Shown here piece after piece: positions 9,256 through 17,491 of a stretch of 42,230 nt of DNA. The notes beneath the pieces were generated by a model. The model saw only the letters and a list, made by a program, of their open reading frames with translations, was not told the origin of the DNA and ran no database searches. The stretch is from Bdellovibrionota bacterium (GTDB taxonomy: Bacteria > Bdellovibrionota > UBA1018 > UBA923). Location of the stretch: contig JBFMCE010000024.1 of assembly GCA_040754655.1 (NCBI GenBank), forward strand, positions 1-42,230. Reading direction: 5' to 3'. The position numbers and the translations under genes were made by a program. How positions within the stretch are numbered: the stretch's first letter is position 1; every line of letters starts with the position of its first letter.

Positions 9256-9434
9256 GAGCCTATCCGAATAACCCGTTCGCAACGAGCCCGAGCGAGGATG
9301 GGCAGATGCGAGGCGGGAAAGCGAAAAAAATACGCAGTGTAGCAGGGCCTACGCTAAGCTTTTTTTGCGCTCTTCCAGCGAAGCAGATGGCCACCGCAGC
9401 CGGGTGCAGTAGAGCGGGTTATTCGGATAGGCTC
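9256..9434. mobile_element. 179-bp MITE/ERIC-like element with 20-bp perfect terminal inverted repeats
   Basis: GAGCCTATCCGAATAACCCG (9256-9275) and CGGGTTATTCGGATAGGCTC (9415-9434); interior is imperfectly self-complementary; no transposase. Confidence 0.75.
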
Positions 9435-9817
9435 TAAGTTGAAATCCCGCATCTCCTGCCTCGTTGCTCCCGCGATAACCCTCTCGGGTTGCCTTTGTTC
9501 TGTGCCCAAGTCCTTCGCATCTGCAGATGTTTGGAAAGTGATGAACTTCGCCGGCGAAGCGATCCGTCGACAAATAGGTTTGGTCGATTTTTCTTTTTAA
9601 AATCAACCTCAAGATCTAGCTGCTCGATTGCTCCGCTGGAGAAGTTGATCACTTCCCAAACACATTCCAGAGAAGCTCCGAACTTTCCAAACACTCTCTA
9701 GAAAAGTTGAAGGCTTTCCAAATCCCCGTTGGGGAGGCCGGCCCTGTTGAAATATTGACACATTGCATTATTTTGTAGTAGGGAAGGAGCACTTTTTTCG
9801 ACACAGGAGTTTTTTGT

Positions 9818-10534
9818 ATGTGGCTTCGCCATTCTATTTTGACCTTGGTATTGAGCATGGTCCTGCCCACAGCCTCTGCGTTTGCCATACTGGATTTGGG
9901 GCCAAGTTCTTACGGCGATTCCGATCCTGATCGAGGCCCGAGCAATGGAGTTCGTCTTGGGAACTCCGTTTTCTTTTCTGGGCGCAATGCTTTAAATGAA
10001 ATTGATCTTACCGATGATGGGGCTGGAAAAGATGGCGATGATGCCTATCAGTTGCTGATCAAGCTTGAACAAGAAGATTCGAACTGGCTTTCGGTTCATG
10101 TCTTCACAGGCTTGGGTGGCAAAATGGAGTGGTTAGATCGCACTTATACTTATGAGCGTACGCAAAGAGGGTTTTGTTGTTTTGGTTCTCCTCTGAAGTA
10201 TGCGTTTGCTCTTCCCTTAAAACAAAAGATTGAGATCTTTGCTAAGGGCGGTAATGGGGCTGATGGTATGGATGGCGCTGATCAAAGAAGGAATTACATA
10301 GAAAACTATGATGGCCAAAATGGCGGTAATGGCGGCCGAGGTGGGAATGTTACCGTCTATTTTAATGAGAAGACCGAGCAGTTTTTAGACGATATCGTGA
10401 TTCACAACCGCGGAGGAAAAGGCGGCAAGGGTGGGAAGGCTCATAGGTCATGGCACATTCCTGGTGAATCTGATGGTCGCGATGGGGCCGATGGCGCTGA
10501 TGGAACTTTGGAATACGTTTTTGAGCGGCTCTAG
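9818..10534 (+). CDS. Secreted protein with Gly-rich G-x-x-G (collagen/PGRS-like) repeats
   Basis: AGGAG RBS; signal peptide (AFA); repeats GGNGADGMDGAD, GQNGGNGGRGG, GGKGGKGGK, GRDGADGADG. Confidence 0.8.
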   Translation: MWLRHSILTLVLSMVLPTASAFAILDLGPSSYGDSDPDRGPSNGVRLGNSVFFSGRNALNEIDLTDDGAGKDGDDAYQLLIKLEQEDSNWLSVHVFTGLGGKMEWLDRTYTYERTQRGFCCFGSPLKYAFALPLKQKIEIFAKGGNGADGMDGADQRRNYIENYDGQNGGNGGRGGNVTVYFNEKTEQFLDDIVIHNRGGKGGKGGKAHRSWHIPGESDGRDGADGADGTLEYVFERL

Positions 10535-10668
10535 TTCAGAGCGAAAAAACTAAACCCACATCAATTTCTGCGTACGGTTGAAGCTTTCCTAGCCGTTGAG
10601 ATTGACCAAACATTTCTCCCATGATCTAAAGTTGAATCTGTTTCAGATACACCTTGGGGGAGGGGTTT

Positions 10669-11130
10669 ATGGGTCAGTTTTTTCTACTTCTATCACTTCT
10701 TGTTCATCCTGGTTTCACGCACGCGGCGGGTACCGAGAAATTCAGTTGTTTTGGCAGAGAGCCTTACGAGCCGCAAATCACCCATCGTTTGAAATTTGAA
10801 ATGGGTATAACAAAACAACGGATTTTTGATATCGATTATCGGATCCACGACAAGAGCGCTTATACCTATATTGGCAGAACAAAGGCCTATCAGGGGTTGC
10901 TCACCCATTGCGATAAAAAGAAATACTGCAACAAGTACAAAAGATATTATGTTGGGGAAATGAAGTTGCCGCCCCATCCTTTTCCAAAGGCAGTTCTCTC
11001 AGTATTCATTCCTCATGACTATGAGAAGAAAGAACATTTCCGAAGTCTCGTGATGTTAAGCCACCATTACAATACGTTGGCGACGACCAATGTCTACTGC
11101 AAGCGCATTATTGATGGTTCGAGTCCTTGA
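10669..11130 (+). CDS. Secreted hypothetical protein (4 Cys)
   Basis: GGAGG RBS before ATG 10669; signal peptide ending T-H-A; no recognised domain. Confidence 0.7.
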   Translation: MGQFFLLLSLLVHPGFTHAAGTEKFSCFGREPYEPQITHRLKFEMGITKQRIFDIDYRIHDKSAYTYIGRTKAYQGLLTHCDKKKYCNKYKRYYVGEMKLPPHPFPKAVLSVFIPHDYEKKEHFRSLVMLSHHYNTLATTNVYCKRIIDGSSP

Positions 11131-11137
11131 TTGTGCC

Positions 11138-11833
11138 TTAAGGCAAGAATCGATACAGCACTCCTGCGCCGAAGAACTGATACGAGAGATCTGCGCGAAT
11201 CGCCCATTGTGGGTCTACATTAAACATTGCTCCGGCGCCTACTGCGGGGAAGAAACCGCCGCCTCCGACATCTTTCACCCCAAGTTCCGTCACTGCGGTG
11301 TAGCCAAATCCCAGGTTGCCAAAGAAGATCCAGCGGTCGTCCATTTGAAAATCCCAGCGTCCCATTGCCATGAAACTAAAGCCAGTAACGTTGTCTTTTC
11401 CTTTTTCTGTTCCGTAAAAGGTGAGTCCAAGGCCCCCTTCGACATAAAAGGCGTCATTTACGTCGGGAATAAAACCATCTTCCACCGCTTGATAGGCATA
11501 ACGAAATTGCATCCCGAATTCGCGGAAGAAGTTCATTCCCAAACCAAAAAAGACGTTGTGGTCTTCGGGATGAGGCCTGCCTTTGAAATAATCACCACCG
11601 CCTGAGGCGTCTTCCCGCACCGTTTTGTACTTGGGTTGTCCGGTCTCGTCAGACATAGTGGGTCTGCCTTTCGCAGGCCTGTTTTTATTTTGCGCCAGCA
11701 GCACTGATCTAGAGCTCTTGCTGTTTTTCTGCGATTCTTTAGCCGAGGCCACTTGAGGTAAACCGATGGATATCGCCATTGCAAGAAGCGTCACGCCTGA
11801 AAGTGATTTCAATTTGATGGTGTTCTTTCTCAT
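11138..11833 (-). CDS. Small outer-membrane β-barrel protein
   Basis: Signal peptide, basic linker, then ~8 amphipathic aromatic/Gly-rich strands ending '..GAGVLYRF'. Confidence 0.75.
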   Translation of the reverse strand: MRKNTIKLKSLSGVTLLAMAISIGLPQVASAKESQKNSKSSRSVLLAQNKNRPAKGRPTMSDETGQPKYKTVREDASGGGDYFKGRPHPEDHNVFFGLGMNFFREFGMQFRYAYQAVEDGFIPDVNDAFYVEGGLGLTFYGTEKGKDNVTGFSFMAMGRWDFQMDDRWIFFGNLGFGYTAVTELGVKDVGGGGFFPAVGAGAMFNVDPQWAIRADLSYQFFGAGVLYRFLP

Positions 11834-11938
11834 TTCTTCCCCCGCGAAAGAGTTCGAGCAAATCGTTTTGAATGCAGTCTATAACAGCTTACAGAGGCTG
11901 GCAAAATTAAACTTGGATCGCCAATTCATCCCTATTTC

Positions 11939-12532
11939 TCATTCATAACCTGCTTGCGCGTGCGCGAGTAAAAACTTCTCAAGCAAGATCTGCAGGATGA
12001 GCCCAGTCGCGCCCCAAATGCGATGGGTTCCAAATTGATAAGCCCGTATTTGATAGCGCATTCCGGCTCTTTCGTGGGTTTCTACATGAGAATGCCGAGG
12101 ATCTAAGAGGTGCGCCAAAGGCACGAAGAGTATTTCGCCGATTTCATGGGGATTCGCTTGTAATTCAGGGCGCCCGTGAATGATTCCCACAAAAGGACTG
12201 ACACGAAAGCGGCTCGCCATGGTGGGCACTTCCGGCAGCTCAGTGACGAGCTGTACTTTAGTTTTATCGAGGCCGATTTCTTCATGGGTCTCTCTTAGCG
12301 CAGTTTCTTCAAGGTTCTGGTCATGCGGTTCGAATGCGCCACCCGGAAAGGAAATCTGGCCCTTGTGGTGTTCGACCGTATGGGTTCGAACCGTGAGGAT
12401 GACCTCGGTGGTCTTCGGAAGCAGGATCTCGCCACGCCTCGTCTTTAAAAGCACTTTTTCAACGCTCGTTTTGCCACAAGGGTTCACGACCAGTGGAATC
12501 AATACTGCTGCTCGGATGAGTTCACTATCCAT
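11939..12532 (-). CDS. Nudix hydrolase, CoA pyrophosphatase (NudL-like)
   Basis: 'AAVLIPL', 'HKGQISFPGG', Nudix box 'ETALRETHEEIGL', 'IWGATG'. Likely start at ATG 12532, overlapping the upstream stop (ATGGATAG); the track start 12670 lies inside the regulator gene. Confidence 0.9.
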   Translation of the reverse strand: MDSELIRAAVLIPLVVNPCGKTSVEKVLLKTRRGEILLPKTTEVILTVRTHTVEHHKGQISFPGGAFEPHDQNLEETALRETHEEIGLDKTKVQLVTELPEVPTMASRFRVSPFVGIIHGRPELQANPHEIGEILFVPLAHLLDPRHSHVETHERAGMRYQIRAYQFGTHRIWGATGLILQILLEKFLLAHAQAGYE

Positions 12533-13895
12533 CAACGCGTTCTCTAAGATCGATTCCATACTTCTGGGCCTTTCGATAAAGAGTGGCTCTGTCAATTCCC
12601 AGGACTTCGGCAGCTCGACTCTTATTGTATTGAACTTGTTGCAAAGTATTGATGATGTGTTGTTTTTCAAGGTCTTCCAAGGAAGACACGGTGCCAGTCG
12701 CTCGATGTTCTCTTAAGGCGCCAGGTTTTTGAATTTCAACCGGCAAATCATCGATATCGATTTGAGCGGTATTGGTCAATGCGACCGCGCGTTCGACCGC
12801 GTTTTCGAGCTCGCGCACATTGCCGGGCCATGGATAAGCGATGAGCGCGCGCAAAGCTTCATTCGTAAAATGAGAGACTCTTTTTTCGTTTTTCGCGGAA
12901 TACTTCGCCAAAAAATGGTTCACGAGCTCTGGAATATCCTCTTTGCGTTCGCGAAGAGGGGGAATCTCAAGGCTGACTACTTTCAAGCGATAATAGAGGT
13001 CTTCCCGAAAACGTCCTTCCGATACAAGGCGTGATAAGTTTCGATGAGTGGCGGCGATGATGCGCACATCCGCTTTGCGAACCTCATTGCTGCCCACCGG
13101 GCGCAGTTCGCCATCTTGCAGCACGCGCAAGAGCTTCACTTGCATTTGCGCGCTGATGTCTCCGATCTCGTCCAAAAACAAAGTGCCTCCATCGGCTTCT
13201 TCAAAAAGGCCCTTCCTGTTTTCATGAGCGCCCGTGAACGCGCCCTTCACGTGACCAAAGAGCTCGCTTTCAAGCAACGTATCGGTCAGCGCGCCGCAAT
13301 TGACGGCGACAAACTTCCTGTTTCGCCTCGGGCTATTGTCGTGGATGGCCTTGGCAATCAGTTCTTTTCCGGTGCCGCTCTCACCAATCAAGAGAACCGC
13401 GGCTTGGCTCATCGCGGCCCTCGCCAAGGTCTTGAAGATCTCAAGCATCTTAGGTGACGAGCCGATGATCACTTTCATTTCTCCAAGCTCGTACGTGGCA
13501 GGCTGGGTTCTCGGCGCTTGCAGCATTTCCGCTTGTTTTACCGCTTTCCTAAAGATGGCCTTGAAATCATCGAGTTTGAAGGGTTTGCTGAGGTAATCAA
13601 ACGCCCCCTCTTTGATCGCCTCCACGGCTGTTTCCATCGATCCAAACGCGGTCATCAAGATTACGACGCTGCGCGATTCATGAGCGCGAAAGTGTTTGAG
13701 CACATCGAGCCCGTCTAGATCGAGCATGCGGATGTCGCTGACTACGATTGGAAAAAAAGCTTCTTTGGACGCAGCTATGGCTTCTTCGCCGCTTGAAGCA
13801 AGCTGCACCGTATACCCATCGGTTTCGAGGATTTCTTTGAGCAGTTTTCGGGCTACTTCATCGTCATCAACGACCAAGACCTTACGTCGTTTCAT
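12525..13895 (-). CDS. σ54-dependent response regulator (NtrC/AtoC/ZraR family)
   Basis: REC domain (VVDDD, SDIRM), AAA+ GESGTGKE, GAFTGA, LFLDEIG, WPGNVREL, C-terminal Fis HTH. Confidence 0.97.
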   Translation of the reverse strand: MKRRKVLVVDDDEVARKLLKEILETDGYTVQLASSGEEAIAASKEAFFPIVVSDIRMLDLDGLDVLKHFRAHESRSVVILMTAFGSMETAVEAIKEGAFDYLSKPFKLDDFKAIFRKAVKQAEMLQAPRTQPATYELGEMKVIIGSSPKMLEIFKTLARAAMSQAAVLLIGESGTGKELIAKAIHDNSPRRNRKFVAVNCGALTDTLLESELFGHVKGAFTGAHENRKGLFEEADGGTLFLDEIGDISAQMQVKLLRVLQDGELRPVGSNEVRKADVRIIAATHRNLSRLVSEGRFREDLYYRLKVVSLEIPPLRERKEDIPELVNHFLAKYSAKNEKRVSHFTNEALRALIAYPWPGNVRELENAVERAVALTNTAQIDIDDLPVEIQKPGALREHRATGTVSSLEDLEKQHIINTLQQVQYNKSRAAEVLGIDRATLYRKAQKYGIDLRERVDG

Positions 13896-15285
13896 AAGGA
13901 ATACTTACTTTAATCACAGTTCCCTTGCCAAGCACGGAGTCAAGTTCAAGCCGACCGCCATACTTCTTTATGAGCCGTTGGCTGATTGTGAGGCCAAGAC
14001 CCGTTCCCTGGCCCGGTGCCTTGGTGGTGTAAAAGGGTTTTAAAACCTGTTTCAGCTCTGTAGGCGCGATGCCTTCACCAGTATCTTCAACCGTGATCTC
14101 AAGGATCTGTCTTGAGGCGGCATCTTTTGAGGTTTGGGCGTGATACTGAAGCCTGCGAGAATTGGGGCTTTTCTCTAAAGCATCGATGGCATTGTTTGTC
14201 AGGTTCAATAAAACTTGCTCAAGGTCGGTTGGTACGATGCGAATGGGCTGTAAACCGTCAAGGGTGACGATTTTTACCTCTGCACGAATCGTGGCAATTC
14301 GCGGGGCCACCAGTTTTGTGATGCGTTCTATCAGAGAAAGCACATCCACCAACTGGCGTTGTCGAGCCGGGGTGTGGGTCGAAGCTAGGAAGTCTTTTAC
14401 GATCCCCTCGATGCGGCTGACCTGCGAATTGATGATATCAAGCCTGCCTCGCGAACCTTCGCTTTTGACCTCGCTTTGAAGCAGTTGCAGATGACCCGAG
14501 ACGCTGTTTAGAGGAGTTCCGATCTCATGAGCGAAACTTGCCGTAAGCTGGCCCATGATGGCGAGCTTCTCGTTCAAGAACAGCTGCCTTTGGGTCTCAT
14601 GCAGCTGCTCGGTGAGCTCTACGTTCTCGGATTCGGCACGCCGCAGTTTTCTTTCATTTTCGATCATGCGACGCAAGTAATAACTCAAAAGGCCGATCAA
14701 CAAGGCAATAGCGAGGAAGGCGCCCAAAAAAGCGAGCTTCGAGAAAATGCCGACCACCTGATCCACGAGTTGCAGCGAAACTTCCGCGTGCACATATCCC
14801 AATACTTTCTTTCGTTCTTTGATTGGATAAAAAATCGCCCAAAAACGACGGTCGGAATCTTCTTTCAACTCAATTTTAGGGGCTTCATCGAGGTCCAGTG
14901 TCGTCACTTCAATGGTGGGGTCATCAGTAACGCTACTTGCGACGACTTTGTAAAAATCTTTTTCACGGACGAGCACATCAAGCCGAACGACGCTGGGTTG
15001 CAACCAGCTCATCTCAATAAGGCGTCTTTCAAGTTGATTGGGTTGGGTGAGAAGGCGAAAAGCGACGATGTCTGTTGAAAGCGAGCGGCATACAGAGGTT
15101 CCGATTTGGCGCACTTCTTCTTCGAGCAAAGGACGGGTGACGATGGTTTGAACCAATATGGTCAGTGCGAAAACAGGAAGAAGAATCCCTGTCAGGGAGA
15201 GATAGATCTTCCAACGCAAACTCAGCCGCCTGCCAAATCGAGCAAGGCGTTGAAATTGGGACTTTATTGCTTCGATGGGCGTCAC
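13882..15285 (-). CDS. Membrane sensor histidine kinase
   Basis: Two TM segments around a periplasmic domain; H-box 'FAHEIGTPL', N-box 'QVLLNLTNNAIDA', 'DTGEGI', 'PFYTTK..GTGLGL'. Confidence 0.95.
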   Translation of the reverse strand: MTPIEAIKSQFQRLARFGRRLSLRWKIYLSLTGILLPVFALTILVQTIVTRPLLEEEVRQIGTSVCRSLSTDIVAFRLLTQPNQLERRLIEMSWLQPSVVRLDVLVREKDFYKVVASSVTDDPTIEVTTLDLDEAPKIELKEDSDRRFWAIFYPIKERKKVLGYVHAEVSLQLVDQVVGIFSKLAFLGAFLAIALLIGLLSYYLRRMIENERKLRRAESENVELTEQLHETQRQLFLNEKLAIMGQLTASFAHEIGTPLNSVSGHLQLLQSEVKSEGSRGRLDIINSQVSRIEGIVKDFLASTHTPARQRQLVDVLSLIERITKLVAPRIATIRAEVKIVTLDGLQPIRIVPTDLEQVLLNLTNNAIDALEKSPNSRRLQYHAQTSKDAASRQILEITVEDTGEGIAPTELKQVLKPFYTTKAPGQGTGLGLTISQRLIKKYGGRLELDSVLGKGTVIKVSIPYETT

Positions 15286-15353
15286 GTTTCAAGACGGTAG
15301 CTTGAACCCGCCTAAAAAAAAAGCATTCTTCGAAGCAGGTTCCTTTGCGCAAT

Positions 15354-15385
15354 AAAAAAGGCTAACCCAAAAGGGTTAGCCTTTT
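15354..15385. terminator. Bidirectional rho-independent terminator after the small periplasmic gene
   Basis: AAAAAAGGCTAACCC-AAAA-GGGTTAGCCTTTT. Confidence 0.88.
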
Positions 15386-15415
15386 CTCATTAGCATTCGA
15401 GCTAAAGAATCAACC

Positions 15416-15640
15416 TTAGTTATGAGGATGTTCTTCGCCGGCAGGATGCTCTTCGCCTTCTTTTTTCTGTTCGTCAGCGGCTTCTTTGCCTTTCTTCGTA
15501 GTAGTAGCTTTTTTCTTAGCTTTTTTTACGACAGCAGGACGTGAAGATTGTGCATCACTGCTTGAAGTATTTGCAGCATCGTTTGCGAAAGCGGACATTG
15601 CGAATAAACCTGCCAAAACGGCTACGAGGTACTTTTTCAT
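15416..15640 (-). CDS. Small secreted Lys/Glu/His-rich periplasmic protein (accessory to the two-component system)
   Basis: AAGGAG RBS; signal peptide (AFA); Lys-rich middle; C-terminal EEHPAGEEHPHN. Confidence 0.85.
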   Translation of the reverse strand: MKKYLVAVLAGLFAMSAFANDAANTSSSDAQSSRPAVVKKAKKKATTTKKGKEAADEQKKEGEEHPAGEEHPHN

Positions 15641-15695
15641 GTGTAGACTCCTTAATTAAGGTTTAAAAAGGCGAAACTGCCTTAAGGGCTAAAAG

Positions 15696-15711
15696 TTCAA
15701 GTCTAATGCCA
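15696..15711 (-). promoter_or_regulatory. Probable σ54 promoter for the small periplasmic gene
   Basis: Minus strand TGGCAT-TAGAC-TTGAA: good -24 element, -12 element is GA instead of GC. Confidence 0.55.
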
Positions 15712-15762
15712 AAGTGAAGTTGAATAGTTTTCAGTGGTTACACATAACCGAGGGAGTTCGTT

Positions 15763-15802
15763 TGTAGCACTATCCAGCTTGACTGTTGCGTCTCGCAACA
15801 GT
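15763..15802. promoter_or_regulatory. Candidate enhancer (UAS) for the adjacent σ54 regulator
   Basis: Perfect palindrome ACTGTTGCG-TCT-CGCAACAGT (15782-15802) plus a related half-site TGTAGC 21 bp away (15763). Confidence 0.6.
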
Positions 15803-15824
15803 TCTTGCTACCTCGTAAAATCTA

Positions 15825-16847
15825 ATGAAAGAGTATCGAAGATCGAGAGCAAAGGTGATTGAAACTATTCGTCAATATTTTGGCGAACAGGGGTTTCTTG
15901 AAACCGACACGCCTAGCTTTGTCCTCTCGCCCGGAATGGAACCCCACATTCGCCCGATAAAAATCGAGGGTACCAAGGCGTTTCTACCCACGAGCCCAGA
16001 GTTTGCGATGAAGCGCATTTTGGCGCAGGGCTATGAGAAGATCTTTCAGGTTTGCAAAGCGTATCGTCATGAGCCTGCCAGCGCGACCCACAATCCTGAA
16101 TTTACGATCTTAGAGTGGTATCGCGCCCATGTCGATTATACGGCGATCATGGAAGATGTTGAGGCGTTGTTTGAGAGGATTGCGCAAAACCTTTTCGGAA
16201 AAGCCGCTTTTGAAACTGAAACTCGAGGCGCGCAAGATCTGAGTAGACCTTGGCCGAGGCTTACGGTTGAAGAATGTTTCAGGCGATTTGCAGGGCTTGA
16301 ATTGCGGGAGCTCCTTGATGTGAGCGCCATGGCTCAAGCTTGCGTCGCAAAAGGATGGGCAGGCCGCGAAGCTCTTTTGCCTTCAGTATTGGCTCAGCCT
16401 GGGGCCTGGGATGATCTCTTCTTTCGCGTTATGTTGAACGCCGTAGAGCCTGGTCTAGCCAAACTTGGAAAGCCGGTGATCGTTTATCTCTATCCCGAAA
16501 GCCAGGCCGCTTTGGCAAACCTTGAAACAGACTCAAAAGGTTGTCGTTGGGCAAAGCGTTTTGAGGTGTATGCAGGGGGGCTTGAGCTTGGAAATGCTTT
16601 TGATGAGCTCGTGAACCCGTTCGAGCAAAGAAGGCGTTTTGAGAAAGACATGGAGTTGAGGAAGAGCCTTTACGGAGAGAGTTTCCCGATCAGCCCTATT
16701 GACGAAGGGTTTTTAGAATCGCTTGGATCAATGCCAAAAGCCGGTGGAATCGCCATGGGGGTGGACCGCATGGTGATGTATTTCACGGGGGCCGCCTCGA
16801 TTCATGAGGTGCTTTGGTTGCCATCTCATTGGCCGGAAACACCTTAG
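15825..16847 (+). CDS. epmA: EF-P lysine aminoacylase (EpmA/GenX/PoxA)
   Basis: Class II aaRS catalytic domain only (no anticodon domain); 'LPTSPEFAMKRILA', 'HNPEFTILEWYR', 'RFEVY..GLELGNAFDEL', 'GIAMGVDR'. Confidence 0.92.
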   Translation: MKEYRRSRAKVIETIRQYFGEQGFLETDTPSFVLSPGMEPHIRPIKIEGTKAFLPTSPEFAMKRILAQGYEKIFQVCKAYRHEPASATHNPEFTILEWYRAHVDYTAIMEDVEALFERIAQNLFGKAAFETETRGAQDLSRPWPRLTVEECFRRFAGLELRELLDVSAMAQACVAKGWAGREALLPSVLAQPGAWDDLFFRVMLNAVEPGLAKLGKPVIVYLYPESQAALANLETDSKGCRWAKRFEVYAGGLELGNAFDELVNPFEQRRRFEKDMELRKSLYGESFPISPIDEGFLESLGSMPKAGGIAMGVDRMVMYFTGAASIHEVLWLPSHWPETP

Positions 16848-17491
16848 AATACTTTTGGGACGAGGCGTTTGGTTCTTCTCATATATCGCTCATAGCTTGG
16901 CCCGAAATGACGGACAAGCATTCTCTCTTCTTGATGGATTCGCAGGCCGAAGAAAACCAGCGTTCCTATCCCCAAACCTAAGATGAAAAATAACGAAGAA
17001 TAAGCCAGGCCCATTCCGATGTGCATGAGAAGATAACCCGTATAACTGGGATGGCGAATCCAGCGGTAGGGACCGCTTTCGATAATCTGGTGTTTTGAAC
17101 GGATTCCGATTTCGAAGGTGAAAAAGCGCCCAAGTATCCGTATCGCCCAAGCGCGCAACGAGTAACCTGCGAAAAAAATGGAAGCTCCAAGAATCAAAGT
17201 GAGGTCGCTTGCCGGCAGAGGCAGAAAATCCAAAAGTTCGATGAGCAAAAGGTCGTAGGGCTTGAATCCCAGGGGCCAGATATCATAGGCCATTAAGATG
17301 CGCCGGTACAACATCGCAAGCTGCGCAATCAAAATGCCCGCGAAAACCAGATGCTGACTCCACTTGGTGAAGAGCGGATCTTGGGGTTTGTCAGAGGGTT
17401 CCGCGCGCATTTTCTGTCGATGAAAAAACATCATCCACGAATGCGTGAGAAAAAGGGCGATGCAAATGGCGCTTAGTAACCAGGCTGGCAT
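16844..17491 (-). CDS. Isoprenylcysteine carboxyl methyltransferase (ICMT/PEMT) family membrane protein
   Basis: 'LGRFFT', 'GPYRWIRHPSYTG', 'RIHQEE..L..HFG..Y..Y..RT.RLVP'. Confidence 0.9.
   Translation of the reverse strand: MPAWLLSAICIALFLTHSWMMFFHRQKMRAEPSDKPQDPLFTKWSQHLVFAGILIAQLAMLYRRILMAYDIWPLGFKPYDLLLIELLDFLPLPASDLTLILGASIFFAGYSLRAWAIRILGRFFTFEIGIRSKHQIIESGPYRWIRHPSYTGYLLMHIGMGLAYSSLFFILGLGIGTLVFFGLRIHQEERMLVRHFGPSYERYMRRTKRLVPKVF

Noticed and set aside
9349..9888. Short ORFs around the MITE-like element
   Set aside because: No convincing RBS or domain; they overlap the hairpin or each other.
12533..12670. N-terminal extension of the Nudix ORF given in the track
   Set aside because: It overlaps the regulator's HTH coding region; the coupled ATG at 12532 is more plausible.
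465..17491. Ste24-like protease plus ICMT as a bacterial CAAX-processing pathway
   Set aside because: The genes are ~15 kb apart in separate operons, both families are widespread in bacteria, and no prenyltransferase is present.
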